Below the pieces are notes generated by a model, which did no database searches, was not told where the DNA came from, and worked only from the letters and a program-made list of their open reading frames with translations. A program made the translations under genes and the position numbers. Of a DNA stretch of 64,000 bases, positions 1 to 14,600 are shown piece after piece (within the stretch, counting starts at the first letter, position 1; every line of letters begins with the position of its first letter). The DNA comes from Lama glama (taxonomy: Eukaryota). The stretch lies in assembly GCA_028534125.1 (NCBI GenBank), contig CM052825.1, forward strand, positions 21,700,001 through 21,764,000, written 5' to 3'.

Positions 1-199
1 GTAGCAGTTTACTGTGTGGACTTAAGCGTTGAGACTGGTGCCGTAGGCTGTACCTGCACTGCAAGTGCACTCCTTTCAAATTATATGTTGTCTTTCATTT
101 TACCTTATAACTCATGTACAGCCACCACTGCAAACATTGGCATGGCCTTCACTCGGCGGAATAATGGTTTAAGATATGGAGTAAGCATTTTACTGAAGG

Positions 200-333
200 C
201 TAGGGTAACTGTAAATCCTGGTTTGCCCAGGACTGTCCCAGTTTATGCCTATTGTCTTGGGTTAATTATTAATATTACTGCCTTGCACTCTAAAAAATGC
301 TCTGGTTTGGGTGGTAAATTTGTGGTCAACTAG
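200..333. mobile_element. Non-autonomous hAT DNA transposon relic (MER94/MER81-like)
   Basis: Imperfect inverted termini ctagggtaac...ggtcaactag; internal cctggtttgcccaggactgtcccagtttatgcct resembles the recalled consensus. Confidence 0.65.
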
Positions 334-2610
334 TTAAGGCTGTTGTAGAATGGAAATTTGATGTGTAGGGAAAATCTTCTGGTTTACTGACTTTTTATCT
401 AGGTGAAAACATTAGTCAAGCAAGGATTATCTTTAAAGTGAGACCTTAGCTCTCATCATGACTTTTGAGTACAGACCTTTTTCCAGGCGTGAGTTGCTTG
501 TTTACTTACTTGATAAAATTGAAGAGCAGTTTTGCCTGGTGGTTAAGAGCACTGGTTCTAGAGTAGTCAGTACAGACCTTGTTTTATGTTCTGGCTGTAA
601 AGCATACTAACTCTGTGCCTTTGGGTTAGCCAGGAAGCAGTGCGTGTAAAGGTGTTCATTACATTATGTATGGAATATGGTGAGCATCAGTATGCATTAG
701 TAATTATTAAGGGTTACAAATCTTATTGAGCTCTTCTTCTCTGCCAGACCCTGTGTTAGGTGCTAAGGGTTGAAAAAATATGACATTCTTCCTAGGAACC
801 TGGCGTAGAATACTATTTTTTCCTTGCCCCAATATTGTAAAATAGTTTCCTTCTAAATACTGAATGACAGACATCTTTATTCAACTTAATTCTTCACTCA
901 TTTTGGTTTGTGTCTGGCTGATGCTCTGCTATTGTTTATTAATATCTATCACACAAGTACTTTGGCGTTGAAAGAGGTATATGAAATGTGAAAAAGATAG
1001 TAGTGGTTGCCCTCAGTAGAAGTTTATGGAGGAATGGTTTTTAGTTTTAAGGAACCAATAACATTTGAACAATGAACATTTTTTTCTTAGAGCATTCCAT
1101 GAGGCCTAATATCCTGCAAATGGATAACATTTTATATTTTGAATTATCCAGTTAACAAGCACGTGAAGGTCTGCAGTGTTAGAGTCATATCCTATTCGCA
1201 TTTAATTTATTCAAATTTAAATGTGTTATTTTCCCTATCCATCTGCAACCTCCCTGCCCCCACTTTACTCCCTGAAAGAAAGTAGGAGTAAATGTCAGCC
1301 ATTCCACTCAGTGAGCGTGTGCGCTGTATAGACAGAGACTCGGATGGGGGAGTATGAAGCTGCGTTCCCTCTTGCCTCTCTCAGTGTAAGCACCTTGTCA
1401 TCATATGTGATTCTGGTGTTTAAAAATAAGTATTGTTGTATGAAACGATTCTAAACTAAGTCAACTACTTTGTCTATTCTTAACTGAAAAATCTGTCCCA
1501 ATCTTGTAGGAAAAGTTAGCTGTATTGCACTTAGAGCCAGCATGTTGATATGCAATTTACCATGCCTTGCTAAGGGATGTCAGAGGTAATATGACAATTG
1601 GTGTATCAAGCTGACTTTAGACCCTTGGTCCTATAAGAGAACTCAAAGTTCGTAGGAGTGTGAATGGCTGCCTTCAAGAAACTTATAATCTAATTGGAGA
1701 GAATATCTATACTGGAAAGATCATCTATAAAGCAATTTACAGTAAAGGATGTAAGGAATCATAAGGATAAATGGCAGTTGCATATTAGAACGGCCCCAAT
1801 TTCAAGCCTTCCATCCTGTTGTCCCCATAAAGAATAATTTTTGTCAGGCAATGAGTCCAGATTTGGTTTAGAAAAAATTGTATTGATATCAGTAGAAGGT
1901 ATATGAAAAAGTAAAAATGGTTTTATCCATAAAGATTGCTTGGAAGGATTGAATAATGATTTAATAGATAAAAGGCACAAGGACATTTCAGACAGGGCAG
2001 ATGTTGTAAGCATGAAACATGGAGGTGTGATTGATGAAGCAAACTGTTTATCTTTTCATTTGGCCGGATGATCAGAGTTTGGAGATGGAGGTGGTAAGGG
2101 ACATGACCAGTAGACTGAGGAGCAAGATAATTCTCTTGACCATTATCTGTTCCTCATCCCACTCAGAGTTGTCAATGGAGAGCACAGAGACCCTTTCAGA
2201 TTGTTCTCTTTCTAACCTATCTCGTGGTTACATTTAAATCATGATTTTTATTAGAAACATCTGTTTTTAAATGATTTTTCTATCAGGTATAAAAATCTGA
2301 TCGGATATGGCTGCATGATTATTTTGTCATGCCTCGCGAGATCAGTGTGATGTAATAGAAAGTGGCAGAAACAGGAACCAGGAAGCCAGTATTTGGACAC
2401 CTCTCTTGTCAGTTGTTCATTAGCTCCACAAACTTACACTTAGACCTTTGTACTGTTGGAATTTTTTAAGCAAACATGTGCTTTATAATCCATGTATTTT
2501 ATAATAAATCCAGAAGAAAATGGACTTGCATTTAGTTTTTCTGGATGAATTATGTTGCAGAAGTAATAGAGGGCTGTTAAATCTTAACGTTTTAAAAATT
2601 TGTTTCCCAG

Positions 2611-2684
2611 ATAGCAGATCCTACATTAGCTGAAATGGGAAAAAACTTGAAGGAGGCCATGAGGATGCTGGAGGACAGTCAGAG
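2611..2684 (+). CDS. PDXDC1: PDXDC1 exon 2
   Basis: cccag|ATA...CAGAG|gtgagc; [24 protein letters not shown]. Confidence 0.95.
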
Positions 2685-5600
2685 GTGAGCCTGTGGAACG
2701 GAAGTGACCCCATTAAACGTGTGCAACCTGCTGTGAAACTGGTGGCACTGGTTTCCTTCTGTTAATTCACCTCTTGGTTTCGGAACGTCACACTTAGCTT
2801 CAGCTGACTTTAAAATTGGTATTTGTCTTGGGTAGAAGCTGCTTTGTAATTAAAGGATTTTGAAATCGAAGGGCAGGACTTAAAATTTTCAGTTCTGCCT
2901 GTTAAGAGTTTCATTTACTTACTAAATTGACTTGAATCTATAAATACTTCTTTCTGTATATTCAGGTCAGTTAGGGCATCAATTAACCAGAAAATGGGTT
3001 GAAATTATTTGTTTTAATTTTCTTTTCCTGAAACTAAACTATACTCCAGCCTGGGGTGGGGAGAGGGAGATGTGATAAATGTGTTTCAAGTTCTACATCG
3101 TTTACTAAGAGGTTATAAGCGACATTATCACATGTTCATGCTCAAATGTTAGGAATTTAACAGTTTTTTATTTCCTTCAAATTAGAAGAACAGAGGAGGA
3201 AAATGGAAAGAAGCTCATATCAGGGGATATTCCAGGGCCACTGCAAGGCAGGTAGGTGGCGATGAAGATGAGCACCTTTACTTAGGGTGTACGTTATCTT
3301 TAAGCCAAGATTTTACCGTCGCTAATTTACAGGTTTAGTTCTAATAAGCGCAAAGCAAATGTACAGTCACGTGCAGTGTGGCATCAGAAGATGGAAGTGC
3401 CGTTGGCTGGCTGGTGATGGTGATGGATCTGATGCTTCTCCCCGTTTCCTGGTCAGAATTTCACACAACCTTTGACTCAGAAACAATACACAAATTCACA
3501 GTTATAGCTCAGCTATCATACTCAGTTCATACTTGAAACCAGTAATCTATTTGGTAGACAGAGCTTTATTGTGAGAGTTTATTTTAACTTGATAAGATTT
3601 ATCATTTTATTATGTAGTAAATGAAAGGACAATATCAACTCTAACCATTTATTAGCAGAATGATCTATTTTTTGGCAACAAAAGTAAACCCGTCAAGTGT
3701 CTGTGGTTTGAGCTAGCAGGGAAAATACCAGAAAAATAAGTAGCTGCCTGACTGACATTTTCACAGGATGTTAGCACTCAGTCTGGAGTTAAAGTCCTAG
3801 CCCAGTGTCCCTCAGACAAACTTATTTTTTTGTTTGTTTTACAACCAGGAAACTGAACATAGGTAAACAGTACGACTCCCTTAATTTGTCCTTTGATCTG
3901 AATATGAATATGTACAGGGTTGCAAAAGAAAAGTATACAAGAAGGATCCCAGTGTGCCAATAAATGTTCTGTGTAGCACACCCAGATACTAGTATTTTAA
4001 AATAAGCGTTCCTGCTCTTATGGATGAATGGTGCCGACTTGAAGTCCTCTAAGGGCGAAGTTCAGTCTACAACTGAGAACAGGAACCAAATCCTATAATC
4101 TCCTCATCCCAGGCCATAAAGGGAATTAACAGGTTCTACTGGTACCACCGAAGTTCCTCTAGAAGAGGCACTACCAGGAACACCTGATCCTCTCAGAATG
4201 GGAGGGCGTTAAAAGGCGCTGGTCGGGAGTACTCACACGAACGACGCTAGCAGCCAGCGTCTGGGCTAGTGCTGCACCAGGCACCGCATTAGATGCTTCC
4301 CATGGACTACCTGCATCCGCACAATTCTGTACTGTAGGGCTTGTGAGTCTCTGTAGCTTGCTGCAGGTCACGTGGCCTAATCTCTACACAGTGCCCAAGG
4401 ACCAGAGTCCCTCACGCATAAAGACCAGCACCTTGAGGAGGGTGGGTTTTGGGACATTGTTTTCACGGGGCTTATTCGAAAGAGAGAACTTTTCGTTAGT
4501 CATATTCTCATTAATGGAGTGATAGTATTTTGTCATCATGTGTTTTACAAGTTGCCCTGCCATTGCTTACAACTTCAACCATTCACATTCCTCCTAAGTT
4601 TTTACCTCCTCATGTCATGAGCATTTTAAAATGTATATTGAATAGAAGTAAATTTTTTTACACTTTAAGCAAATCTACAGTTTCCTAGCTTGGGGAAGAG
4701 GTGGTAATAAATGATGCTTGCATTTCATGTGTAAGTTAGAATAAATAGACAAGACTCCTTCATGGATGTAAACTAGATATACCAGTGGCATTAGAGTATT
4801 TGTGCTGCTTCGGTGACCTTCCAGCATCTTTTGAGGACTCTCTTGGCCCTTATAACATGCTTATTAAATAGTCTCCAAGATTCAAATCAATAAATAGAGA
4901 AATACTGCTAAAGCTGGTAAAATGTTAAAAAAAAATCAAATTCAAATTTAGGTAGAAGATTTAATTAATCACAAGTTAAGTTACATTCAGAATTCAGTTA
5001 ATAATTTGAGATTTTTTTTAAAAAGATATATTCTGTATCGCAATGCTATACACCAGAAATTGACACACTGTAAGCTGACTATACTTCAATTAAAAAAATG
5101 TATTCTATATCTCAAAACATACTATTTCTGTTGTAGCTACTCAATTGAAAAAGGAAACTTATCAAAGCTAATTTAGGTGAGAGAAATAGTGAGAGGTGGG
5201 GGATATGTGTTGTTTCCACCTGTCTGTCAACTCTTTCTGTTCCGCAGTGGACAAGACATGGTGAGCATCCTCCAGCTAGTTCAGAATCTGATGCACGGAG
5301 ATGAAGATGAGGAGCCCCAGAGCACCCGGTAATGGAGAACAGTTGGCAGCTTGTCTATGAAAGTATATGTATTCTTGATTTTGATAATGATTTCGTTCTT
5401 ACCAGTGGCTGCAATAATGAGCTATATTTCATTCCTAGTTATGCACTATATTAAAGCAATGTTCACTTTTTTCTTTTCAGAGGGACATTTATATATTCTA
5501 GATAATATATTTTGTAAAAGGAAGTCATTTACTAAAATCTTGTAGTTTTTATGGCATTATATCTTAAGGAGGGACTGGCACAGGGGCTAGAGAATAACCA

Positions 5601-8600
5601 CTGTGCTTTTCTGTTTCTGGTCGCTTCTGTGCTTGTGCCTGTGCCTCTGATGGCTAAGAAGGGCTGCAGCTGGATTCAGTGGTGGCAGGCCACGTTGTCT
5701 ATGAATCATCTGTTTATTTTATTTTATTTATTCATCTATCAAGCAATTTGTTTAGTTTCACTTTCTCTTCGTTTTAAATTTAATTTTTTAGAGTAAGTAA
5801 TGTGTTCTCCCGATGCAAATTTCAGAAGATATGAAGGATGTATACAAAGAGAGTTTTCCTTCTCATCTTTGCTGGACTACCTTGTTCTCCTTTCTAAAGT
5901 GTTGCCAGTTTCTTGTGTATTCTTCAGAGATACTCTATTTATATGTATACACAAGCAGGATGTCTGTGCTTACTCCTCTCCAGTTCCTAAATACTGTGCC
6001 CGTTGTTCTGTGCCTTGCTTTTTTCATTTGTGTCTTGGCGTTCCTGGCATATCAGCTCCTTTAAGAGCTATTTAGTGTTATTTGAATGGATGAGCCATGT
6101 TTTATTTAACTAGTCTCCTCTTCATGTTTTGCAAACATTGCTGCAGCCTAACTTTCTGCATGTGTCATTTGTAATAGAAGCAAGTGTTTCTGGGGATTGA
6201 AGTCCTAGAAGTGGGCCAGATAAGTTTATGCATATGTAATGTTGACAGGTATTGCCAAATTGCCCTTTGTGAAGTTGTGCCAGTTTTACCTTCCCGCCCA
6301 CAGTGTATGAGAGCACCCCTTTCCCCACACCTTTGCCTGCAAGGGTGTTAGCAGATTTAAGGATCAGTCTTAATTGTCAGTCTTGATAGGTGAGAAATGG
6401 TATTTCAGCATAGTTTTAATTTGCAGTTTTCTCATAAACTAGGTTTAGTGACTTTTGGTGTGTTTTCCATTTCTGTGAGCTGTTTTCTTTGTCCAGTATC
6501 CTGTTTGATTTTTTTGTCTTTTTCTTCATTATATTTATTCCTTATAAGGGAAATTAGTCCATCCATTTTAATTACATATAAAGTAATACCTAGTTCCCCT
6601 TGAATTTGCTGTATTGTTATAAATAGCTATTTAATGCAGGGAACTGATCTTCATCTAATGATTCTAAAATTATTTTCTGCACATCTTATCTCAGCTCTAC
6701 TCTCCACAGTTCTTACAACTGGTATTTAATTTTAAAAGCACTTTTGGAGAAAATTATTCAAAAACAGTTTGTATATTTAGTAGGTATGCAATAAAAAAGC
6801 TATTTGTCTCCTAGGACTTGACTTTAAAAAAAATTTCTTCAGACTATTTATACCTTATATGCATTGAATTTTCTAAATTTATTTCTATTTCTGCCTTCTA
6901 GTCCACATTAAGTGGATTTCAAATCTGACAGAAATACCTGGAATACCGTCTCTAAGTTTTATTTATTTATGTTTGACTAGTAACTTCTTTTTTAATCTAA
7001 TGAAATTTGGTTGGCAGGACCCAGCATATTGGAGAACAAGGTCATATTGCTTTGTTGGGACACAGTCTGGGGGCTTATATTTCAACTCTGGACAAAGAAA
7101 AGCTGAGAAAACTTACAACTCGGATACTTTCAGACACTACCTTATGGCTATGCAGAATTTTCAGGTAATGAGTTTTCCTTTCCCAGTAAAGACATTTATG
7201 AGTTGGGTGTAGACTGTGAGAGATCTCTTTTTTGGCTACCTGGGTTCAAATCTGCCTCTTCCCTTTCCTTTTGGAAGGGCTGCTTAACCGCTCCATGCCT
7301 CAGTTTCGTTACTATGAAATGGGGATAGCATTAGTATCTAGTTGATGACATTGTTGTGAGGATTAAATGAACTGAAATGAATGAATGAATATATGTAAAG
7401 AGCTGAGAATATAAGCAGATGCTTGTTGGATAATGTCCACAGTGACTTATTTTTAGGATTCCTGATTGGCACATGCTGATGGAAGATATAGTGGTGAAAT
7501 GGATTCAGCTATTTTCTATTTATTTTATTTGACGGTAGGTAATTAGGTTTATCTATTTATTTTAATGGATGTATGGGGGATTGAACCCAGAGCCTCTTGC
7601 ATGCTAAGCGTACACTCTATACCACCGAGCTATACCCTCCCTAGTTGGATTCAGATATTTTTAGTCAAAGTATTTGCTGTGCCTTGGTGCCTTGGTGCCT
7701 TGTGCTGTCATAAGGAAGATGAGTGTGTGTTATGAAATTGAAATTTGCTTTATACTGTGATAATATTGGCATTATTAAGGAATTCTAGTAGATTAAGGAG
7801 TCAGTAGAAGACACAGGACCAATGGTATTTTTATGTTTATTTTATTACTTTTATGGGAAAGGAATACTTACCTAACATTGGAACATTTAACCTGGGAGAC
7901 TCGCTTTCAAATGTTGGTAAAGAGCTTACTAGTGAGAGTATGAGTTTGCTTTACATATAGCAAAGGAGAAATTTCCTTCAGTTCCGATGAAAATCCAACA
8001 TCTGTAATTGAAATTCTCTCTCTCTCCTTCTCTTGGAGATTGAAAAGAATAAAAGGCCCCAAGGAGATAATAGTGAAAGCAAAAGTTAGCCTAATTAGCG
8101 TTTTTAACAATGTTACTTAGTTTGAATCTTTTAGGGCTGGAACTCTGCCAAGAACCTTGCCTGCGTTATCCAGTGCCGGCTTTCTTGTAAAATAAGTTCC
8201 CATTCTCTGCTGGTTTAATAGTTTCTGTTCTTTCTGGAGTTGGATGTGGATGAAGTGTCCTTGCCTCTGTTCTATATGACCTCCATCTGCAAGGAGTTGT
8301 CAGCCACCTGAGATGAAGGTGGCTCTTGTCTGATCTAGGTGACAGTTTCTAGGTTGAGAAAAGAATTACTTCCATGGTTACCAGATTGGAGTATAAAATC
8401 TGAGTTAAACAGAGATAAGAACATACTGACATATGAGTGTCTCTTAACAGGTATGAAAATGGCTGTGCTTATTTCCATGAAGAAGAAAGAGAAGGACTTG
8501 CAAAGATCTGTAGGCTTGCCATTCACTCTCGTTATGAAGACTTTGTGGTGGATGGGTTCAATGTGTTACATAACAAGCAACCTGTTATATATCTTAGTGC

Positions 8601-11600
8601 CGCTGCTAGGCCTGGCCTGGGCCAGTACCTTTGTAATCAGGTAATGTGATATCAGGTGAATGTTTTAAAGAAATGATGTTTTGTTCTGTCCTGGAACTTT
8701 TTCAAGTGTGTGGACCCATTTCTTTAGCTGCTGTTCTTTTCAAGTGAAAAGAAAGTTGATTTTCTTATATGCTTATTTTGTCATTATAAAATAAATGTGT
8801 ATTAGTGAATTTATTTATTTATTTTTATTACCCAAAGGCAACCACAGTCACCATTTTACTTTCTTTCTTTCTAGACTAATCAAAGAGTGTCTGTGTTTTT
8901 AACATGGTTATATCTGGCTTTTTTCACTTAACTGTTATAACAGGTGTATATCGTGTTTTACCAATGTTTTACCATGTTTTCCTCAAAGTAAAGTTTATTT
9001 TTAATGTCTTCATAATATTCCTTCAAGTGAGTGTATATTTTACTATTTCCCCTTTCGGACAGTTAGTGTTTGCGTTCTTTTGCTTTTTATGAGCATTTTC
9101 AGGAAATGCGCTTTGTACGGTGCGTCTTTGTGCATAGGCTTTTTCTGTATTCCTCAAAGCCAGTGTAGAATTACTAGATTAAAGGGCATTATCATTTTGT
9201 AAAGTTCATAGTGCATGTAGCCTGATTAGGGGGCTACCCTGAGACAAGAAATTAATACTCTTGGCCANNNNNNNNNNNNNNNNNNNNNNNNNNNNNNNNN
9301 NNNNNNNNNNNNNNNNNNNNNNNNNNNNNNNNNNNNNNNNNNNNNNNNNNNNNNNNNNNNNNNNNNNTTTCAGTCATTCATGGACATATACACACTCATT
9401 GTCACATTTTTTTCTCTGTGATTTATCATAACATTTTGTGTATATTTCCCTGTGCTATACAGTGTAATCTTGTTTATCTATTCTACAATTTTGAAATCCC
9501 AATCTATCCCTTCCCACCCTCTACCCCCCTGGTAACCACAAGTCTGTATTCTCTGTCCATGAGTCTTTAGATTCCACATATGAGCGATCTCATATGGTAT
9601 TTTTCTTTCTCTTTCTGGCTTACTTCACTTAGAATGACATTCTCTAGGAGCATCCATGTTGCTGCGGCCAAGAATGTTTTAAGGCAAAACCCATTGGATC
9701 GGAGGGGTTCTCTTTTGTAAGATGGAGGAGTCCCAGGGAGATACATGGAAGAAACTCAGGGCTTAAATTGATTCTGAGCTATGGCCACTGGTAGCAAGAA
9801 ATTATGTCCTCTTCTTGAGGCTCTACAAAATGAGGGGTTTTATAATATCCCTGTAGAAAAATGAAACAAATTATACTATTTGAGTACCTACTGTAGGCCA
9901 AGCTCTTAGGGACTCAAGACTGTCTTGCAACAGCAATCCAATCTTCAAAAGATGTCCTGTTACATGGGAAAGGCAGGTGGCAGAACTGTATATAGAAGCT
10001 GGCCATGTTTGTGTTTTAAAAAGTGTATACATGCTTGTATGCATGTGTATTTTATACTTAGAAAATACATTTATTTAATACTAATTTTTTGCCTAAAAAA
10101 TGTCTGAAAGGTTCTGTACTAACCTGTTAACAGTGGTGGATTGGTGGCTTAATGGGGGTGGGGATTTTTCACTTTTCTATATTTTTTTATTATTTTTCTT
10201 GAGTTTCAGTTTTACAATTTAAAAGAAAGTCCTTTAAGGGGAAAAAGTGTGAATAAAGTATTCGTTAAATTTTTGGTCTTGATACACTTCCACGGCTTAG
10301 TTATACAGAGCAATATGCTGCAAATGTTAAAAAAAATTCTAAACTTTAAAATCCTCAAGGATTTAGAGGTTAAAAATGAAGAATATAAAATTTATTTGAC
10401 AATTACTATCTCCCTGCATAACACTGACTTCCTTTCTCTTAAGAAGTATACATCTGCTAGTCTGGATTTACTGCTTTTTAGGAGCTGGTGGACCCATAAA
10501 TAAGATACTGTTCCCTTTCGCTGGTTTGAATGCTTGGAGGAGTTATCTAAATTATCTCCCCAAAATTCTCAGGGCTCAGTTTATTTCTCCATTTGGAAAA
10601 GTTTTTGTTTTTGTTTTTGTTTTTTGGTATATTCTAGAATACAACAAAGATAGTTACTCATTTAGTAAGAGAGTTGTTAGTTATTCATTTAGTTGACTCA
10701 TTTAGAAATTTTTACATTGTCTATATTCTCTTAAAAGACATCTCCTGGGAATTTTATCCTTTTTTTTTTTTGGCTTGACTTTGTAGATATACTTTAACAT
10801 CTACCTATAATATTAAGAGTTCCTAAAGAGAGAGATTGTTTAAAAAGAATAATTGTGACTTGTCTTAGAGCCATAATCTTTTGGGGGCCTAAGTGAATAG
10901 TGACAAAAGTCTCTCTTGTAAAATGGTATCTTTCTTCTTGCAGCTTGGCTTGCCCTTCCCCTGCTTGTGTCGTGTGCCCTGTAACACTATGTTTGGGTCC
11001 CAGCATCAGATGGTGAGTTCTCCTTGTGGTTTGTCAGATAATACAGAATTATGTTTTGAAACTGTGCCTTCTTTTCAACTGAAATTCTCTTTGCTGGCCT
11101 CCAGATAATTATTTGCTTATTCATGTATTGCTTAGATCTTCCCATTGCATAAAACATGCTTCCAGGTTTGAATGTCCATGGAGGTTGTCTGGCATCAAGA
11201 TCAGGAGCACCTGGCTCTTAAGGGATCTTGTAACCACTGTATTACCTGCCTTAAGTAGAAGTATCGAGTCTAGAGGGGAGGGTATAGCTCAGTGGTAGAG
11301 CGTGTGCTTAGTTTAGCATGCACAAGGTCCTGGGTTCAATCCCCAGTACTTTCATTAAAAAAAAAATTTTTTTTTCTCTCTGAGAGACAAAAAAAGAAAA
11401 AAGAAACATGGAGTCCAATTAAGAGCTGGAAATTCCTCCTGAAGCTCATCCTTTCAGGTGGTTATCACTGGTGCCTGCCTTTGTGAGTGGGCAGATTTTA
11501 AAAGTGAGATTCTTTACTGGAATCCTTGGGATTCGATTACTTTTAGACATGCAAGTGATAAGCCTTTCCATCCTGAAGTCAGAAGCGAAAGGGGTAGGTT

Positions 11601-14600
11601 TTAGGGTTCTGCATGTCTTTTTCAAGGTAGGTTTTCTGGTTTAGCTACATCAATGAGTGATATTAGAGATACATTTTTAGCTGTTTTTGGGTGGTTGAGA
11701 AAACTTTTTTTTAACGTAAATGTTTAAAACTAGAAAAGTGTTGGTTCTGTATGTGTAGTTTTTAACTTTGATCTCATTTAATTGATTTTTCTAGTTAGTC
11801 TTTAAGGAAAATGGTTTATTTTCACATCTATCATTGGAGGAAAAAGAAAAATTGTCAAGAATTGATTTGATAAATTTTGAGAGTCATCTTCTTTTGGAAG
11901 TTATAATTTTTCATTGTATAGCTTTTATGTTGGTTGTCTCATGTTTTTGTGGTTTGTCTTTTCATCCCAGGATGTTGCCTTCCTGGAGAAACTGATTAAA
12001 GATGATATAGAACGAGGAAGACTGCCCCTGTTGCTTGTTGCAAATGCTGGTCGGTATCATGAACCTGAGTGTTCCATTTTGTACATAGAAGAAAGAGGCC
12101 AGGAACTTCACCTAAAACAGACCAAGTCTTAAGAAATGTTTGTGTGCCACGTGTTTAGGATAGTCTGTATCAGCATTGTGGTGAGAATTGTAAACACTGG
12201 AGTTGTGGCTTACTAGATTCCCTTTAATTGTTGGTTTGTTTGGAGAGTACCTTGTTTGTATATATATTTTTTTCATTTAGGTTGTAAGTGCTTCTCTACT
12301 CCTTCCTTTCTAAATTGGGTTTTTAAATACTTGAGTGTCCACCTTCTAGACGTCAGGTGAACTACTACTTTCTACTCTGCCTACCAGATTATATTCAGCA
12401 TTGTACTTGAAGTTCTAGCTAGTGCAGTAAGGCAGGAAACATAATTAAATGACATACAGATTGGAAAAGAAGAATGAACTGTCTGTTGCAGACGGCATGA
12501 TTGTATAGATAGAAAGTCCTAAGGAAACCTCGGAGAACAGCCACTGGAACTAATGAGCGAATCTATGAAGGCTGCAGGATTTCCGTACAATAGCAATTGA
12601 GCGGCTGAAATTGAATTTAAAATGCCATTCATAAGAGTATCAAAAAAACTTTATAGATAAATTTTCACAAAATAATGCAAGATCTGTATACTGAGAACTA
12701 CAAAATGTTGCTGAGAGAAATTCTAGAAGACTCAAATAAATAGAACGATTTGCCATTTGCTTTGGTTGGAAGATTCAGTATTATTAAGTCACACCTCTCA
12801 AATCAGTCTGTAGATTCAACTCAGTCCCTATCGAAAGCTCAGTAGGCTATAGTTTCTTATAGAAACTGATAAGCTGATTATAAAATATGGAAATACAAAG
12901 GATCTAAGGGTAGCAAAACAATTTTGAAAAGGAATAAAATTGGAAGACTTACTCTGTCTGGATTTTAGCTAAAAATAATTGAGAGTGTGAGATTAACTGA
13001 AGAGAATAGAGGGTTCAGAAGTAGATTCACACGTGTATGGGCACTTGATTTTTTTGGCAAAGATGCCAAGGTAACTTAGAAAGGATAGTCTTTTCCACCC
13101 ATGGTTTTGGAACAGTTGGATATCCATATGGGAAAAAACTGACTCTTAACCCTTACCTCATTCTATATGCAAAAATTAATTATAAATGGTTCATAGGGTT
13201 AAACATAAGAGCCAAAATGAGAAAACTTCTAGAATAAAATATAAAAAATCCTAATGATCTTGACTTAGGCATAGATTTCCTCAGACACAAAAGGCAGAAC
13301 CATAAATTGGACTTGATTAAAAATTAAAAGCTTCTGCTATTCAGAAGTCCCTGATAAGAAAATAAGCAAGTTACAGCCTGAGAGAAAGAAAATATTTACA
13401 AGACAATTTTTTTTATAAAGAAGTGTATCCAAAATATATATAAGGAAGTTTTACAATTCAATATTAAGTAGATAACAACACAGTTTTTAAAGTGAACAAG
13501 AGATTTGAGTAGATACTTAACCAAAGAAAATAAATGAATGTGTAAGTACTTGAAAAGATGCTTAACATTGTTAGTCATTAGAGAAATGCAAATTAAAACC
13601 ACAGTGAGCTGTTAGAATGGAGAAAATTTGGGGGGAAGGTGTAGCTCAGGTGGTAGAGTGCGTGCTTAGCGTGCACAAGGTCCTGGGTTCAATCCCTAGT
13701 ACCTCCTCTAAAAATAAATAAATAGACCTAATTCCCTCCTCCCCCACCAAAAAAATAAAAATAAAAAAAAAAAAGAACGGAGAAAACTTTAAAAGTACAG
13801 TGCCAGACACTGATGAGGACACAGAGTTACTGGAGCTCTTAAGCTGCTGTAGGGATGCGGTATTCATTACTGGAAACAACCAGGACGCCCTTATCCATGG
13901 CGAAGGGATAAACAGATTGTGTTGTGAACACATCGGGGGATACTGATAAATGGAAATATCTACTGATATGCACATATCAACACGGATGAATTTCAAAGGC
14001 ATGCGAAGGGCCAAAATGCAGACTTAAAAAAAAAAGTTACATAGTCTGTGATTCCCTTTATATGGAATCCTAAGAAGAAAAAAACTACATAGTGACAAAA
14101 CAGATCAGAGTTGTCTGGGGCCGGTGAGGAATAGAGAGAAGAGTGAAGCCTCAGGAGGGATGAGGGAGCTTTTAGGGTGACGGTGTTGACACACTGTATA
14201 CATTTGTCAAAACTCATTCAACCATACCCTTAAATGAGTGGATTTTATTGTATGTGAATTATACTTCAATCAGTAAAGCTGAGTATTTTAAGAAAATAAT
14301 AAACAGAAAAGACATATGTCCACCTTACTGCTGGCGGAAAAACTACCACTTCTTGCCTGACTTAGTACATTGTGAGTTGAAAAAAGAAACATAACCAATT
14401 TACTGTCAGTCACTTGATGGACGGGAGAGGCTGCAGTGAACGTGTAATTGAGTGATTTGCCAGTTTGACTGCATTGCCCTCACTGGAGTCCACATCCCAG
14501 TGGTTAGCCAGCAGACGTTGCCAAAAAAGAACCTGCATGTGGTCCCGCCACTTCAGCAGGGCACTGTGCTTGACGTTTTGGTGGAAGGGTCATGTGATAC

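Noticed and set aside
7681-7705. Short tandem gccttggt repeats (similarly ctgctttaaggg x2 near 40535 and a small hairpin at 56641-56672)
   Set aside because: Ordinary slippage-scale duplications or chance hairpins with no supporting context
11275-11352. Genuine tRNA-Ala gene (also at about 7.6, 13.6, 54.0 and 62.1 kb)
   Set aside because: Extra 5' G-rich bases, stem-breaking mutations, A-rich tails and TSDs mark these as SINE copies
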